In this document: one piece after another, positions 1 through 10,449 of the stretch
Numbering within the stretch: the stretch's first letter is position 1
How the letters are laid out: each line of letters opens with the position of its first letter
From: Polyangiaceae bacterium
GTDB lineage: Bacteria > Myxococcota_A > Polyangia > Polyangiales > Polyangiaceae
NCBI GenBank assembly: GCA_050287085.1
Contig: JBNKBE010000004.1
Coordinates: forward strand, 128,288 to 192,287
DNA: 64,000 nt
Direction: 5' to 3'
Notes under the pieces: model-generated
What the model saw: the letters and a program-made list of their open reading frames with translations, nothing else
Told to the model about the DNA's origin: nothing
Databases searched by the model: none
Made by a program: the position numbers and the translations under genes

Positions 1-338
1 CCCGCCGCTCCACCTCCGCCTCCGCCACCTCCCGCTCCGCCATCCTCCGTGGACCCCGCTCCCGCGCTGTCGAGGGGGCCTTGTCCTGCGTTTGTGGCTC
101 CGCCTTCCGCCCCTGGCGCGCTCCCTCCGGCTCCTGCCGTTTGGCTCTCCGAGCCCCCCATGGCGCTATCGCCCGCGCCGCCGGGCGCGCCACTTCGGCC
201 GCTGCTTGCGGGTGGCGTAGGAGTCTCGCTGGCCGAGCAGGCGGGGAGCGCCGCGCCCGCCGTGAGCCACACCGCGAGCAGGGGGGAGGGGGTACCGAGC
301 AGAGCGCGGGCTTTGCGGAGCGAGAGGCTTGGACTCAT
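1..338 (-). CDS. Partial (runs off window) secreted lipoprotein with Gly/Ser-rich linker
   Basis: Not in ORF track. Own translation from ATG at 338: MSPSLSLRKARALLGTPSPLLAVWLTAGAALPAC-SASETP..., hydrophobic stretch, lipobox-like LPAC, then a Gly-rich linker open to the window edge. Confidence 0.6.
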   Translation of the reverse strand, partial: MSPSLSLRKARALLGTPSPLLAVWLTAGAALPACSASETPTPPASSGRSGAPGGAGDSAMGGSESQTAGAGGSAPGAEGGATNAGQGPLDSAGAGSTEDGGAGGGGGGGGAA

Positions 339-551
339 GACCTGATTACAGTCCAGACCCGGGCCTCGCACCAGTTGAATCTGCCGAAACGGGGCGCCTC
401 AGCGGGGAGCCGTCGCGCCGTACTCCGCATATTTTTGGCGCAGACTTGGAGGTGCCGCCGGCGGCCGAGACGCCTCGAGATGGGGGGGGCAGGCCCAAAC
501 GCCTGCCAAGAGCCTTGCCCTGCTCGTGGCAGCGCGCTAATCACGCCGCCG

Positions 552-1469
552 ATGCAAATCGACCTTTCGAACAAGCGCGCCATCGTCGCGGGAGTTGCCG
601 ACGATGTGGGGTTCGGCTTTGCCATCGCCAAGGCTTTGGCCGAGGCGGGCGCTTCCGTTTCGGTGGCTGTTTGGCCGCCCGCAATGAAGATCTTCGAGAC
701 GATGCTGCGTCGCGGCAAGATGGACCAATCGCGGATCCTGGAGCGCGGCGGGCAATTGGAGTTCGAAGAAGTGGTGCCGCTCGATGCTGCCTACGACACG
801 TGGGAAGACGTTCCCGCGGAGGTTCGAGACAGCAAGCGATATCAGGACCGTGGGGATTTCACTATTCAAGGCCTAGCGGATCACGTTCAGAAGCGATACG
901 GCGATGCTTCGTTGGACATCGTTGTCCATTCGCTAGCCAACGGTCCCGAGGTTGCCAAGCCGCTACTGGAAACGTCCCGCGCCGGCTACTTGGCGGCGGT
1001 GGGTGTCAGCGCCTATTCCAATGTTTCGCTCGTGCGCCGGCTTGGGCCGCTGATGCGCGAAGGGGGGAATTTCCTTTCGCTGTCCTACCTCGGCGCGGAG
1101 CGCTTCGTGCCGCACTACGGTGGGGGCATGTCCGCTGCCAAGGCGGCGCTCGAGAGCGATACCCGCTACCTGGCCATGGAGGCGGGGCGCCGTTTCGGGG
1201 TTCGGGTGAACGCCATTTCGGCGGGGCCCTTTGCGTCGCGGGCCGCGAGCGTGACGGGTAATATCGACGGCATCGTCGACTACTACGAGCAACATTCCCC
1301 ACTGCCGAAGCGCTTGACGACCCAAGATGTGGGCAATACGGCGGCCTTCCTCTGCAGTCCGTTGGCCGGCGCCATCACCGCCTCGACCGTGTACGTGGAC
1401 TACGGCTTTCATGCGACGGCAAAAGGCTTGTCGGAAAACGACCTAGCCTGGATCCACGGAACCAAGTAG
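552..1469 (+). CDS. fabI: Enoyl-ACP reductase (NADH), plant/Chlamydia-type FabI
   Basis: MQIDLSNKRAIVAGVADDVGFGFAIAK, HSLANGPEV, LLETSRAGYLAA, YGGGMSAAKAALESD motifs; start reassigned to ATG 552. Confidence 0.93.
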   Translation: MQIDLSNKRAIVAGVADDVGFGFAIAKALAEAGASVSVAVWPPAMKIFETMLRRGKMDQSRILERGGQLEFEEVVPLDAAYDTWEDVPAEVRDSKRYQDRGDFTIQGLADHVQKRYGDASLDIVVHSLANGPEVAKPLLETSRAGYLAAVGVSAYSNVSLVRRLGPLMREGGNFLSLSYLGAERFVPHYGGGMSAAKAALESDTRYLAMEAGRRFGVRVNAISAGPFASRAASVTGNIDGIVDYYEQHSPLPKRLTTQDVGNTAAFLCSPLAGAITASTVYVDYGFHATAKGLSENDLAWIHGTK

Positions 1470-1498
1470 CTCTTGCTCGCCGGGTGCCGGTGGTGATG

Positions 1499-1517
1499 GG
1501 GCCCGCAAGGGCCCTTT
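1499..1517 (+). terminator. Short GC hairpin between convergent fabI and hisF
   Basis: GGGCCC-GCAA-GGGCCC followed by TTT. Confidence 0.35.
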
Positions 1518-1543
1518 GGCGGCTCTTGGCCCTGAGCCGGCTG

Positions 1544-2323
1544 TCAATAGGACAGGCGCACCTTCAGGCCCCGATCGTGCAGGTATTGCTTGAGTCCGGA
1601 AACCGTGTACTCGCCATAGTGCACCATTGACGCGACCAGCGCGGCGTCGGCTTTGCCTGCGGTGAGGGCGTCGTAGAGGTGCTCCGGCTTGCCCGCGCCA
1701 CCCGAGGCGATGACCGGCACCGGTACCGCTTCGGCCACCTTGCACGTGAGGTTCAGCTCGTAACCTTCGCGGGTGCCGTCGGCATCGATCGAGTTGACGA
1801 CCAGCTCACCCGCACCGAGCTCAACGCCGCGCTTGGCCCAGTTGATGGCGTCCAATGCCGTGCGCTTGCGCCCCCCGTGAGTCACGATTTCGTACCCGGA
1901 GGGGATGGACTCAGTGGCGGGCACGCGCAGCACGTCCATGCTCAGGATAGTGCTCTGCGCACCGATGGCTCTCGAGATCTCGGCGATGAGCTCTGGACGG
2001 GCCACCGCGGCGCTGTTGACGTTGACCTTCTCAGCGCCGGCCAGGCGCAACCGGGTTGCATCTTCCACGGAGCGAATGCCACCGCCCACTGAGAAGGGGA
2101 TGAAGATGCGTTCTGCGACCGCCTCCACCACATGCAGCATGATATCGCGCTCGTCGCTGGACGCGGTGATGTCGTAGAATACGAGCTCATCGAGTCCGTC
2201 AGCGTAGTAGGCGGCGGCCTTCTCCAGAGGATCTCCGATGTCCCGGGTATCGACGAAACGAACGCTCTTGGCGAGCTTTCCATCGCGGACATCGAGACAG
2301 GAAATGACGCGTTTGCTCAACAT
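1544..2323 (-). CDS. hisF: Imidazole glycerol phosphate synthase cyclase subunit
   Basis: [45 protein letters not shown]. Confidence 0.96.
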   Translation of the reverse strand: MLSKRVISCLDVRDGKLAKSVRFVDTRDIGDPLEKAAAYYADGLDELVFYDITASSDERDIMLHVVEAVAERIFIPFSVGGGIRSVEDATRLRLAGAEKVNVNSAAVARPELIAEISRAIGAQSTILSMDVLRVPATESIPSGYEIVTHGGRKRTALDAINWAKRGVELGAGELVVNSIDADGTREGYELNLTCKVAEAVPVPVIASGGAGKPEHLYDALTAGKADAALVASMVHYGEYTVSGLKQYLHDRGLKVRLSY

Positions 2324-2369
2324 GACTCGTTTTCTCCAAACCTTCTGTCGCGGCCAATGCGCTCAGCGC

Positions 2370-2984
2370 TCACTCGCCCTTCCAATGCCCAAAGCGCTCT
2401 AGGATCCCAAGGCCGAGTCGGCCGCTTTTCTCGGGGTGAAACTGGGTTGCGAAGAGATTGTCCCGGCCAAGCGCGCAGCAGAAGCGCTCTCCGTGCTCTG
2501 ACTCAGCCGCCACACAAGCAGGGTCAGTCGGTGCGGGGTAATAGGAATGGACGAAGTACAACTCGTCGCCCGGCTGCAAGCCCGATAGCAGCGAGTGGGG
2601 GCGGCACACGTGCACTGCGTTCCAACCCATATGGGGGATCTTGAGCTGAGGGTCTTCGGGGCGAAAGCGTCGCGCTATGCCTGGCAGCAGTCCGAGGCAG
2701 GGCAGGGGGCTCTCCTCGGAGCGTTCGAGAATCAACTGAGCGCCAACGCAGATACCGAGCAAGGGCGTGCCGCGTTGAAACGCGTCTCGCAGCGCTTCGT
2801 CCATGCCCGTTTGAACGAGATTGGCCATCGCGCTGCCCGCGTGGCCCACCCCGGGGAAGATGACCTTGTCTGCGCGTCGAATCGCGTCGGGATCCGCGCT
2901 CAGCGTGGCCTCTTGACCCGCGGCGCGACAAGCGCGCAATACGCTACGAAGATTGCCGGCTTGGTAGTCTACAATGGTGATCAT
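2370..2984 (-). CDS. hisH: Imidazole glycerol phosphate synthase glutamine amidotransferase subunit
   Basis: MITIVDYQAGNLRSV, PGVG, GICVGAQ, PHMGWN, YFVHSY, QFHPEKS; start ATG 2984. Confidence 0.96.
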   Translation of the reverse strand: MITIVDYQAGNLRSVLRACRAAGQEATLSADPDAIRRADKVIFPGVGHAGSAMANLVQTGMDEALRDAFQRGTPLLGICVGAQLILERSEESPLPCLGLLPGIARRFRPEDPQLKIPHMGWNAVHVCRPHSLLSGLQPGDELYFVHSYYPAPTDPACVAAESEHGERFCCALGRDNLFATQFHPEKSGRLGLGILERFGHWKGE

Positions 2985-3262
2985 GGCGTCTCTGGACGGA
3001 GAGGGGCGCGAGCTGATTCCAGGCTGCCCTTCAAACCGCCTTGTGCCAAGAAAGCCCGCAGGGCGCAAAGCGTATTCCGTGCGCCCAAGCTGCGAGCGGA
3101 GGTGCGGAGCGAGCTTGCTCGCGCCGCGCGCTTTGGGGTTCGGCCGGTGGGAGGGGGTTCGGTGTAGGGGGCCGGTTGCCGCGCCGCCTTGCTGGTGATT
3201 GCGTGCGACCGCGAGGGCAACGGTTTGGTCGCGGCTTTGGCGGCGAGCGTCGCGTGCGTCCC

Positions 3263-5252
3263 TCAGCCCAGCTGAAGAACGGTTCGGCTCGGTCCTGGCT
3301 CGCCCTGGGGGGCCACGATACGCAACGTCGTGTCCGAAGGCGTAGCTTGGTTGCAGTCGGGCGGCGCGGAAGCATCCGGCGCGGCCCCGGGGCCTTCGAT
3401 GGCCGAGCCCCCGATGCTCCCTTCAGGGCCGCAGACGTTCGCGCAAGTCGCGTCCGAGCACGTCACCTCGCTGGGGATGAGGGTGATGCCGCCCTGGCCG
3501 CCCTCACCGCCGGGGCCCGCAGAGAGCATCGTGTCCTCGAGCTCCGGTGGGGAGCCAACGTGCGCGATGGCGGCAGAGGGCCCCCCGGAGCCGCCTGCGC
3601 CGGGTCCGCCAGAGCCGCCCAGGGCGCCGTCGCCACCCTTGCCTCCGCCGCTCATCGTCAGTGCCGTGGCCGGATCCTCGGCTTGCAAGCGAGCTGCACT
3701 CCCGCCGCGCGCGCCGGCGCCGCCGCGGCCTCCGAAGACCCCCAGCGCCCCCTTGCCCACCCTGGCCGCCGGCAGCCGAGCTCAGCTCGCAGCCGGTCAG
3801 GGTAACGGTGCTGTTCAGCAAGGCGAGAGCAAACGATGCGCCCCCCCCGCGTCCGCCTTGGCCCCCGAGACCTCCACACCCTCCGGGCCCTCCGGCGCCA
3901 CCGCTTCCAGCTAGGCATTGGATGTTGCCGGCGCTGATGCTCCGCCCGCCGCCGCCGCCGCCCCCGGGACCCCCCCGACTTCCGGGGCTGCCTGCGCCTG
4001 CAAGCGCCGGCACGTAGCCCTCGCTCGGCGCCAGGATGCCGCTGACCGGTCCAACGCCTCCCGGCGTGCCGGGCAGACCCAGCGTACCGATCGTTCCGTC
4101 CCCACCCGCCGCAAGGGTGGCGGCGCTGCCATTGTTCAGGAGCTGTGCGGGCGTCGGAGGCGTGCCGGTGAGGCCGGAGGAGCCCTCCTGGTCGCGCCGA
4201 GCGGCTCCGCCTTCGCCGCCGCGGTTGCCGCAGGCGCTGACCGTTGGCCAATGACCCCCGGGCTGAGAGGCGGCGACGACGCTGTCCGTGAGGCAGAAGC
4301 CGTCGCGGCCGTGCTGGTCTTCCGCGGCTTCGGGGGCGCTGTTGCCATCGGCTCCGGACTGACCCTCTTCGCCCTGGGCGCCCGCGCCGGCTGTTAACCG
4401 ACAGGTGTCAAAATGCACCTTGCGCGCGGTGGCAATCAAGACGCCAATGCTGCTGTGCCCCATGCTGCGAGCCGGGAGCGCAACGATCTCGACCCCGCGA
4501 ACATACAAATCGCTGACGTTATCCAATACCCAGGTGCCCCGACCGCTCGCAACAAAGCGGGCCTTCACGTCGGGATTGTAGGCCCAACTCGCGCAGTCGA
4601 AGCTGCCGTAGATCTCGCGATTGCTATCGGCGGCGTTCAGGGTAACGGTCGCGGTGTAGTCGCCGGCCGTAGCGCAAACGTAGATTCGCTTTCGGTCACC
4701 GCGCGTGGCCGCGAGCGCTTGCTCAAGGGACAGAAAGGGGCGAGCGCGCGTTCCGTCACCTTCCTCCGTCGCCCCGGGGGAGACGAACACACCGATCGCC
4801 TCGTCGATCGCACAGGGGTCGACCGCCGGATCACCGAGGGTGGCGCGGCTGCACCCCTCGCGCGAGGCCGCATCGCCGCCGTCGCTGCGTGCGCTGGGGC
4901 TGTCGCCGCCGTCGCGGGCGCCGATGCCTGAAAGGCCCCCGTCTTTGTCCGAGGCCGCGTCGCCGCCGTCCCTTGCGGCTTCTGGTTCAACGCGCGATTC
5001 GCCTCCGGTTGTCACCCCTTTGGCGTTTGGCTCCTCGCCCGGCTTGCGACACGCGCCCGGGCTGCTGGTGCAGTGGCGAAACCCGTTGTCCGTCGTGCAG
5101 GCCAGCGCCATCGTCAGGAGCGGCGCCGCCGCTAGGCGTAGTCGGGGCTGAGGCCAGGGCCAGAGCAGGAATAGACGCCGTCGTCGGGAGCGAATAGAAG
5201 GGTTGCTTGTGCGCGTTGTTTGGGTTAACAGCAACCGCTTCGTGCGCTCCAT
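3263..5252 (-). pseudogene. Gly-rich (PGRS-like) myxobacterial lipoprotein, apparently frameshifted near 3739-3743
   Basis: ORF 3504..5252 has LAC lipobox, VFVSPG..GDGTRARPF..RIYVCA motif and GGxGG repeats, then turns Arg-rich. ORF 3263..3760 continues the GGxGG pattern in another frame. Could be a sequencing error. Confidence 0.6.
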
Positions 5253-7246
5253 CGCTGGCTGTTGCGCGGGTCATGGCGCTGGCCGGAAGTCCACGTGGTC
5301 AGCGCATCGTTCAACTCCACGCGACGAATGGGCTTGGCGACGAACGCGTCCATTCCAGCTTCAGTGCAGCGCTGGAACGCACCCGCGATTGCGTTTGCTG
5401 TCAGGGCAATGACTGGGATGCTGGCTGCCACCGGATTGGGGAGTTCGCGGATCGCTCGCGTCGCTTCGTATCCGTCCATCACCGGCATTTCACAATCCAT
5501 GAGGACAACGTCGTAGTTGCGCTCGCTGAGAGCAATCAGCGCTTCTTCCCCGTTTTCGGCGACGTCAGCATCGTAGCCCAAGGAGTTGGCCATTCGAACT
5601 GCAACCCTCTGATTGACAATGTTGTCTTCTACGACCAGCACGGTCTTGCCCGTCGCCTCGACGCGCCGTTTCGCGCCAGAGGTTCGACCGAGGGTTCCAA
5701 ATAGCGCCTGGTCGAGGCCCATGCGGACGCGGCTGCGGCGCAGCGGTTTGGGAATGCGCGCGCGAACGGTTTCGGGCAAGGGGACTTCATCATCCCAGCG
5801 CTGGCCGGCGAAGGTGAGAACGAAGGGAGCGGTGACGCCCCGCTCGCTCAGGTCGGCGATGACCTGCAGGCCATCTTCTTCACGCATGACCAAGCTGACG
5901 AGGACGGCGTCAAATGTGCCCAAGGGCTCGCTCAGCACTCGGGATGGAGATTCTGCGGTGGTGACGTGAGCTCCCCACTGGGTCAGCATCTGGTGCAAGG
6001 CTGCCAGTGCTGCTGGCTGATCGTCTATCACCAGCAGTCGTTTGCCCTGATACGACGGCTTGGGTGATTCGGGAGCTTCGTCGCAGGGGGCGAGCTGTGC
6101 CGTGAACCAGAACGTCGAGCCCTCGTGCAATGCTGAGCGCACGCCGACAGCGCCTTTCATCAGTTCGGCCAAACGCTTCGCGATCGAAAGCCCCAGACCG
6201 GTGCCGCCGTATTTTCTCGCAACGCTGCTAGAAGCCTGGGTGAAGGGCTGGAATAGGGCGGCTTGGGCTTGGTCGCTCAGTCCGATGCCGGTGTCGCTCA
6301 CCTCGACGCGCACGCCGATTTGGTCTTGGGCAGACGCCATGCTTCGGACGCCGACCACGATCGAACCCTGTTCGGTGAACTTCACCGCGTTGGTGAGGAA
6401 GTTCAGGACGATCTGACGCAGCCGCCCCGCGTCTCCAATGACGCGTCGAGGAAGGGTGGCGTCGTAGTCGAGGACCAGTTCGAGGTGCTTCTGGTGGGCT
6501 TGGGGCGCAACCAGATCGAGCGCATCTTCCAGCTCATGTTGTAGGTCGAAGGGCATCGCCTCCAGGGTGAGTTTGCCGGCTTCGATTTTGGAGATATCCA
6601 GGATATCGTTGAGAATCGTTAGAAGGGCCTCTGCCGAGCCTTGGATCGTACGTGCGAGATCGACCTGCTCAGGGTCGAGCTCGGTGTCCATGAGCAGCGT
6701 GCTCATCCCCATGATGCCGTTCATGGGCGTCCGGATTTCGTGACTCATGGCGGCCAGGAACTCCGCCTTCATCTGGGCGGTGTCGCGCAAGACCCGCATG
6801 GCGTCCCGCACCTTCAGCTGCGCGCGGAGCTTGGCAGCTATCAGGGGGGGATTGAAGGGTTTGGAAATGAAGTCGGCTGCGCCGCTGTGCAGCGCGGCCA
6901 AGGCGACGGCATCCTCGGTGCGGCCTGACGAGACCAGTATGGGCACGTCTTCGAAGCGCGAGTCCGCTTTTAGCAGACGCAACACCTCAAGGCCGCTGAT
7001 GTCCGGCATGATCACGTCCAGCAGAATGGCGTCGGGGGCTGCTTGGCGTGCAAGCTTCAGCCCTTCCGCCCCGGTGAGCGCTGCTAGCACGTCGAAACCA
7101 AGCAAATCGAGGGTCTGCTGAATGCAGCGCACCTGGGTGCGATCGTCCTCAATCAAGAGGACTCGAATACGATTGCCGCTCACCTTGAAGCCAAGAACGG
7201 TCGCTCCGGCACGGCCTTTAGTGCGCTTACCGACTCGGGATACCAA
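5225..7246 (-). CDS. Cytoplasmic hybrid histidine kinase (REC-HisKA-HATPase-degenerate REC-REC)
   Basis: LLIEDD..LLDVIMP, MSHEIRTPMNG H-box, NAVKFT, DTGIG, GGTGLGL, C-terminal VLMDCEMP; start codon uncertain. Confidence 0.92.
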   Translation of the reverse strand: MVSRVGKRTKGRAGATVLGFKVSGNRIRVLLIEDDRTQVRCIQQTLDLLGFDVLAALTGAEGLKLARQAAPDAILLDVIMPDISGLEVLRLLKADSRFEDVPILVSSGRTEDAVALAALHSGAADFISKPFNPPLIAAKLRAQLKVRDAMRVLRDTAQMKAEFLAAMSHEIRTPMNGIMGMSTLLMDTELDPEQVDLARTIQGSAEALLTILNDILDISKIEAGKLTLEAMPFDLQHELEDALDLVAPQAHQKHLELVLDYDATLPRRVIGDAGRLRQIVLNFLTNAVKFTEQGSIVVGVRSMASAQDQIGVRVEVSDTGIGLSDQAQAALFQPFTQASSSVARKYGGTGLGLSIAKRLAELMKGAVGVRSALHEGSTFWFTAQLAPCDEAPESPKPSYQGKRLLVIDDQPAALAALHQMLTQWGAHVTTAESPSRVLSEPLGTFDAVLVSLVMREEDGLQVIADLSERGVTAPFVLTFAGQRWDDEVPLPETVRARIPKPLRRSRVRMGLDQALFGTLGRTSGAKRRVEATGKTVLVVEDNIVNQRVAVRMANSLGYDADVAENGEEALIALSERNYDVVLMDCEMPVMDGYEATRAIRELPNPVAASIPVIALTANAIAGAFQRCTEAGMDAFVAKPIRRVELNDALTTWTSGQRHDPRNSQRWSARSGCC

Positions 7247-7360
7247 ACGGTCTGGGTAGACCAGTTCCGTATGTGCTGCGGCGCCCTACAACAGGTCCAG
7301 CGAGCTACGATGGTCTTCGAGCGGCGACGTTGGCTATGCGCATCCGTCGCCGGCTTCGAG

Positions 7361-7419
7361 GCGCGACTCAGTTATGAGGTGCGACTCAGTGATAGAGCGC
7401 GACTCAGTGATAGAGCGCG
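7361..7419. repeat. 3x 18-bp tandem repeat overlapping a stop codon
   Basis: gcgcgactcagttatgag / gtgcgactcagtgataga / gcgcgactcagtgataga. Confidence 0.85.
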
Positions 7420-8096
7420 GTAAACGCCAATGTGAGCGCGCCGTGTCCCGAGGTGGCGTCCCAATCGTCTTGGCTACCGCTCGTGCGGGCCAAAGTGAAG
7501 CGAAGCAGTCCGCCGAGGGCAACGTCGCTTGACACCCACGCATCGTAGCCGGCGAAGACCGAGCCGCCGATGCCATAGCCCGTGTCGACCAAGTTGGCAG
7601 ACGGCAGCGACAAGACCGCAAGCCCCACCATGCCCCCGAGGTGCCAGGGGCCGTTGGCATTCGGAAAGCCGTCGATGAACGCGCCCGCCAATAGCGAGGT
7701 GGTGTCGGCAGCGCCGCCCGAGCCGTCCTTGCTCAGGTCAGCCCCGAACGCCAGGTCCGACATGACGCCCCCACCGACGGCAAAGCCCGGCATGGGGGAG
7801 TAGCCCGCCATCAAGTCAATGCCCAGGCCAGCGCCCTTGAAATCCACGCTTTGGCTCGCGTTGTCGCTGTCGGCTTCCATTCCGCCGAGGGTGCGCCCGA
7901 CACCAACGCTTCCGCGCAGGTAGAAGCCGTCGTGGCGGTGGTAGGTCCGCTGCGTGGTTGTCGGCGCCTGACTGACCAGCGTGATCCTGTTGGGTTGTGG
8001 CGGCGCTTCTTCCGCCGCGGTCTCTTGCGCGGCCGCCGTGGCAGTTGCGCTGCTGACTAGAAGGAAGAGAAAAAGGCTTGCTGGTTTGTTTTGCAT
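7404..8096 (-). CDS. Putative small outer-membrane beta-barrel protein
   Basis: Signal peptide MQNKPASLFLFLLVSSATATAAA-Q, HDGFYLR motif, alternating amphipathic strands, aromatic near C-terminus (ALYH). Confidence 0.7.
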   Translation of the reverse strand: MQNKPASLFLFLLVSSATATAAAQETAAEEAPPQPNRITLVSQAPTTTQRTYHRHDGFYLRGSVGVGRTLGGMEADSDNASQSVDFKGAGLGIDLMAGYSPMPGFAVGGGVMSDLAFGADLSKDGSGGAADTTSLLAGAFIDGFPNANGPWHLGGMVGLAVLSLPSANLVDTGYGIGGSVFAGYDAWVSSDVALGGLLRFTLARTSGSQDDWDATSGHGALTLAFTALYH

Positions 8097-8232
8097 ACTC
8101 GAATCTCCGGGCCGAGCGCCGGAGTGAGCCCGGCGTTCCCTCTGGAAGTACATGGTACGCTGCGTCTGGCAGCTGGCCCACATACTACGCAGAGGGCGCC
8201 TGAAGTATGCCCGAATAGTTTGCGGGCTGTGT

Positions 8233-10251
8233 CTACCAGCCGTCCGCCGAGCCGTGTGCGCCATCGACCGCCTTCCAAGCCCGCGGGGTCCGAAAGGTCA
8301 CGTCGGAATCGTCACCCCCGGGGGGGCTGGTGGAAAGCCGTCGGGCGGGCGGCGGGGCGGAAAGGTCGATTTGGAGAGCTGCAGCCTTGGCTTTGACCCT
8401 TGGGGTGGGGGCACTCGGAACGCTTCGACTCGGCTCTGCGGCGGGTTGCGCCTGAACCGGAAGCGCTTTCTGGCTGCGGGGCGCTTCTTGAATCGGAGGT
8501 GCGTAGGAGGGGGCGGCACCGCTCGAAGCGGGGGGCTCCGACTCCAGGAAGTCTTTGAATTCCTCCAGCAGTCCGCCTGCGCTGGACGGTGGGGGCGCGC
8601 TCGTGAATACCCCTCGCTCACCGAGTTCTCGGCTGGAGACGCCAATCGGTTCGGGCTCTTCCTGGCGCCTGGGCGCGACGGGGGCGCTCGCCCGGCGCTT
8701 CGAGCGCGGCGGCGGCTCCGGGGGCGGGACGGACGCTGGGTCGGGCGGCATTGATGGCGGCGCTGGAGCGATGCTGTGCACCTCGATCGTTCGGGGCAGG
8801 AGGTGCGAGTGCAAGGCCACCGGCGGTGCCGCGCCGCTGGCCACCTGATCCGTCACCGCTGGAGCGCCCCGGCGGCGCCCCTGAGAGCGGCGCAGAAACC
8901 ACACCCGTCGAAACCAGCGATGCCAGGCAACGAATACCACAAGCCCCAGCGCTGCGATCAGGCTGGGCGCGATCAGGACTTGCAGGCTTCGGCCGGGACC
9001 GCTGGAGCTTGCAGCTCCGATGGCACTGAGCGCCAGCATTGCAGCGGAGATGGAGCCCCCGCTGATGGCCGCCCAGCGTGGGATGTGGAGTTGCAGCGCA
9101 TTGAACTCGTCAACGCACAACGCACACCACGCGTCCGAGCCGAGTTGATGGGATGGGCATACGTAGCCGTGGCAAGCGGGACACTCGCTTGCGTAGGTGG
9201 GAACACCGCATACGACGCAGGGGAAGTTCTGGGGCACCTTCACGTGGGACTCCGCGCCAGCTTCTCGGCCAACGCGTTTGCCGAGCCGTTCACGCAGTGC
9301 GGTCAGGTGTTCCGGCTCGCCGCGGGGCTCGTCGCCTCGAAAGCCCGCGCGGGACTTTTCCGCCAACGCGTAGAGGTCGATCCAGAGCGTTGCGAGCTGC
9401 GGCTCCGAAAGCTCCATGTAGGAGGCTGCTTCGGTGCGCACGAGGCGCTCCATCTCGTGCTCGGGGAAGGGGCGAAAGAGGGCGTAGCTGAGCGTGTCAG
9501 CGATCCGCAATACCGCCACCATACGAGCCACCAGGGGGTCTTCGTAGGAGCGGGGCGAAGCGTGGTGCCAGGCCACGACTTGTGGGATCGGGCTTGGGAT
9601 GTTCCACGCAGAGAGCACTTGCCCGGCGAGATCGGCGTGGTCGTAGCCCAGCATGTCGCGCTCTTTCAGATGGGCGACGTCCGGTTCACCCGAAGCCAGT
9701 TCCAGCACCTCGGCATAGAGCTCTCCTTCGCAGTCGAGCAACATGAGCTTGCCGATGTCGTGAAGGAAACCGCAGGTGAAGAGCTCGTCCGCGGGGAGCC
9801 CAAAGTGTACGCCTAGATAGCGCGCAAGGGCGCCCACGATCGTCACGTGCTCCAGGATCCCCGCTGCGGTTTCTCCGGAAGCGTCATACATGTCCAAGAT
9901 GGCCGCCGTGGTCGCCACCTGATTGAGCTTCTGAATGCCGACCAGGGTGGCCGCGTGGGCGACGCTGGTGCACGCCGTGCGCAGCGCAAACCCGGCCGAA
10001 TTGACGAGGCGCAGCAAACGGGCCGACAATGCGGGATCGCTTTCCAAGAGCTCGACGACCTGGTTCATCCGGCATTCGGGATTGAGCGTCAGGGTTGAGA
10101 GGCGCTGAGCGGTCACCGGAAACGGTCGAGCGCCGAGAATGCTGCCGACCTGGGCCGCCAAGCTCTTGGCCGCCTTGCGCTCCGCTTGGCTCTGCTCCTC
10201 GGCGCTGCTACCGTACCAGAGCTCTTCGTTGAAGCTGTCCACGGTCGGCAA
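8233..10251 (-). CDS. HDOD-domain protein with Cys/His zinc finger, 2 TM helices and Pro-rich tail
   Basis: DPALSARLLRLVNS, GFLHDIGKL, DHADLAGQVLSAWNIP; CxxC-CxxC-CxxH-CxxC; TTG start. Confidence 0.85.
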   Translation of the reverse strand: MPTVDSFNEELWYGSSAEEQSQAERKAAKSLAAQVGSILGARPFPVTAQRLSTLTLNPECRMNQVVELLESDPALSARLLRLVNSAGFALRTACTSVAHAATLVGIQKLNQVATTAAILDMYDASGETAAGILEHVTIVGALARYLGVHFGLPADELFTCGFLHDIGKLMLLDCEGELYAEVLELASGEPDVAHLKERDMLGYDHADLAGQVLSAWNIPSPIPQVVAWHHASPRSYEDPLVARMVAVLRIADTLSYALFRPFPEHEMERLVRTEAASYMELSEPQLATLWIDLYALAEKSRAGFRGDEPRGEPEHLTALRERLGKRVGREAGAESHVKVPQNFPCVVCGVPTYASECPACHGYVCPSHQLGSDAWCALCVDEFNALQLHIPRWAAISGGSISAAMLALSAIGAASSSGPGRSLQVLIAPSLIAALGLVVFVAWHRWFRRVWFLRRSQGRRRGAPAVTDQVASGAAPPVALHSHLLPRTIEVHSIAPAPPSMPPDPASVPPPEPPPRSKRRASAPVAPRRQEEPEPIGVSSRELGERGVFTSAPPPSSAGGLLEEFKDFLESEPPASSGAAPSYAPPIQEAPRSQKALPVQAQPAAEPSRSVPSAPTPRVKAKAAALQIDLSAPPPARRLSTSPPGGDDSDVTFRTPRAWKAVDGAHGSADGW

Positions 10252-10449
10252 TACGGCTGCCGACGTGTTGGCCGAAGGGGTTGCCGGAATAAATCCTGGG
10301 CTGCGGCCCCAGGAACTGCGGTCTTGTTGCGCGCGTTTCCGCTTCTAGTCGCCGCGGAATTTTTGGGGTGGAGCTCCGGATTTCTGCCTTGCCGGCGCTG
10401 GTGCGTATTCCCCGTTCCGGTGCTCTCTTTCGTGTGGCAGCCTCCGGCC

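Noticed and set aside
1544..2984. hisH/hisF as LPS-modification paralogues
   Set aside because: No adjacent N-acetyl sugar amidotransferase or polysaccharide genes; the motifs fit ordinary His enzymes.
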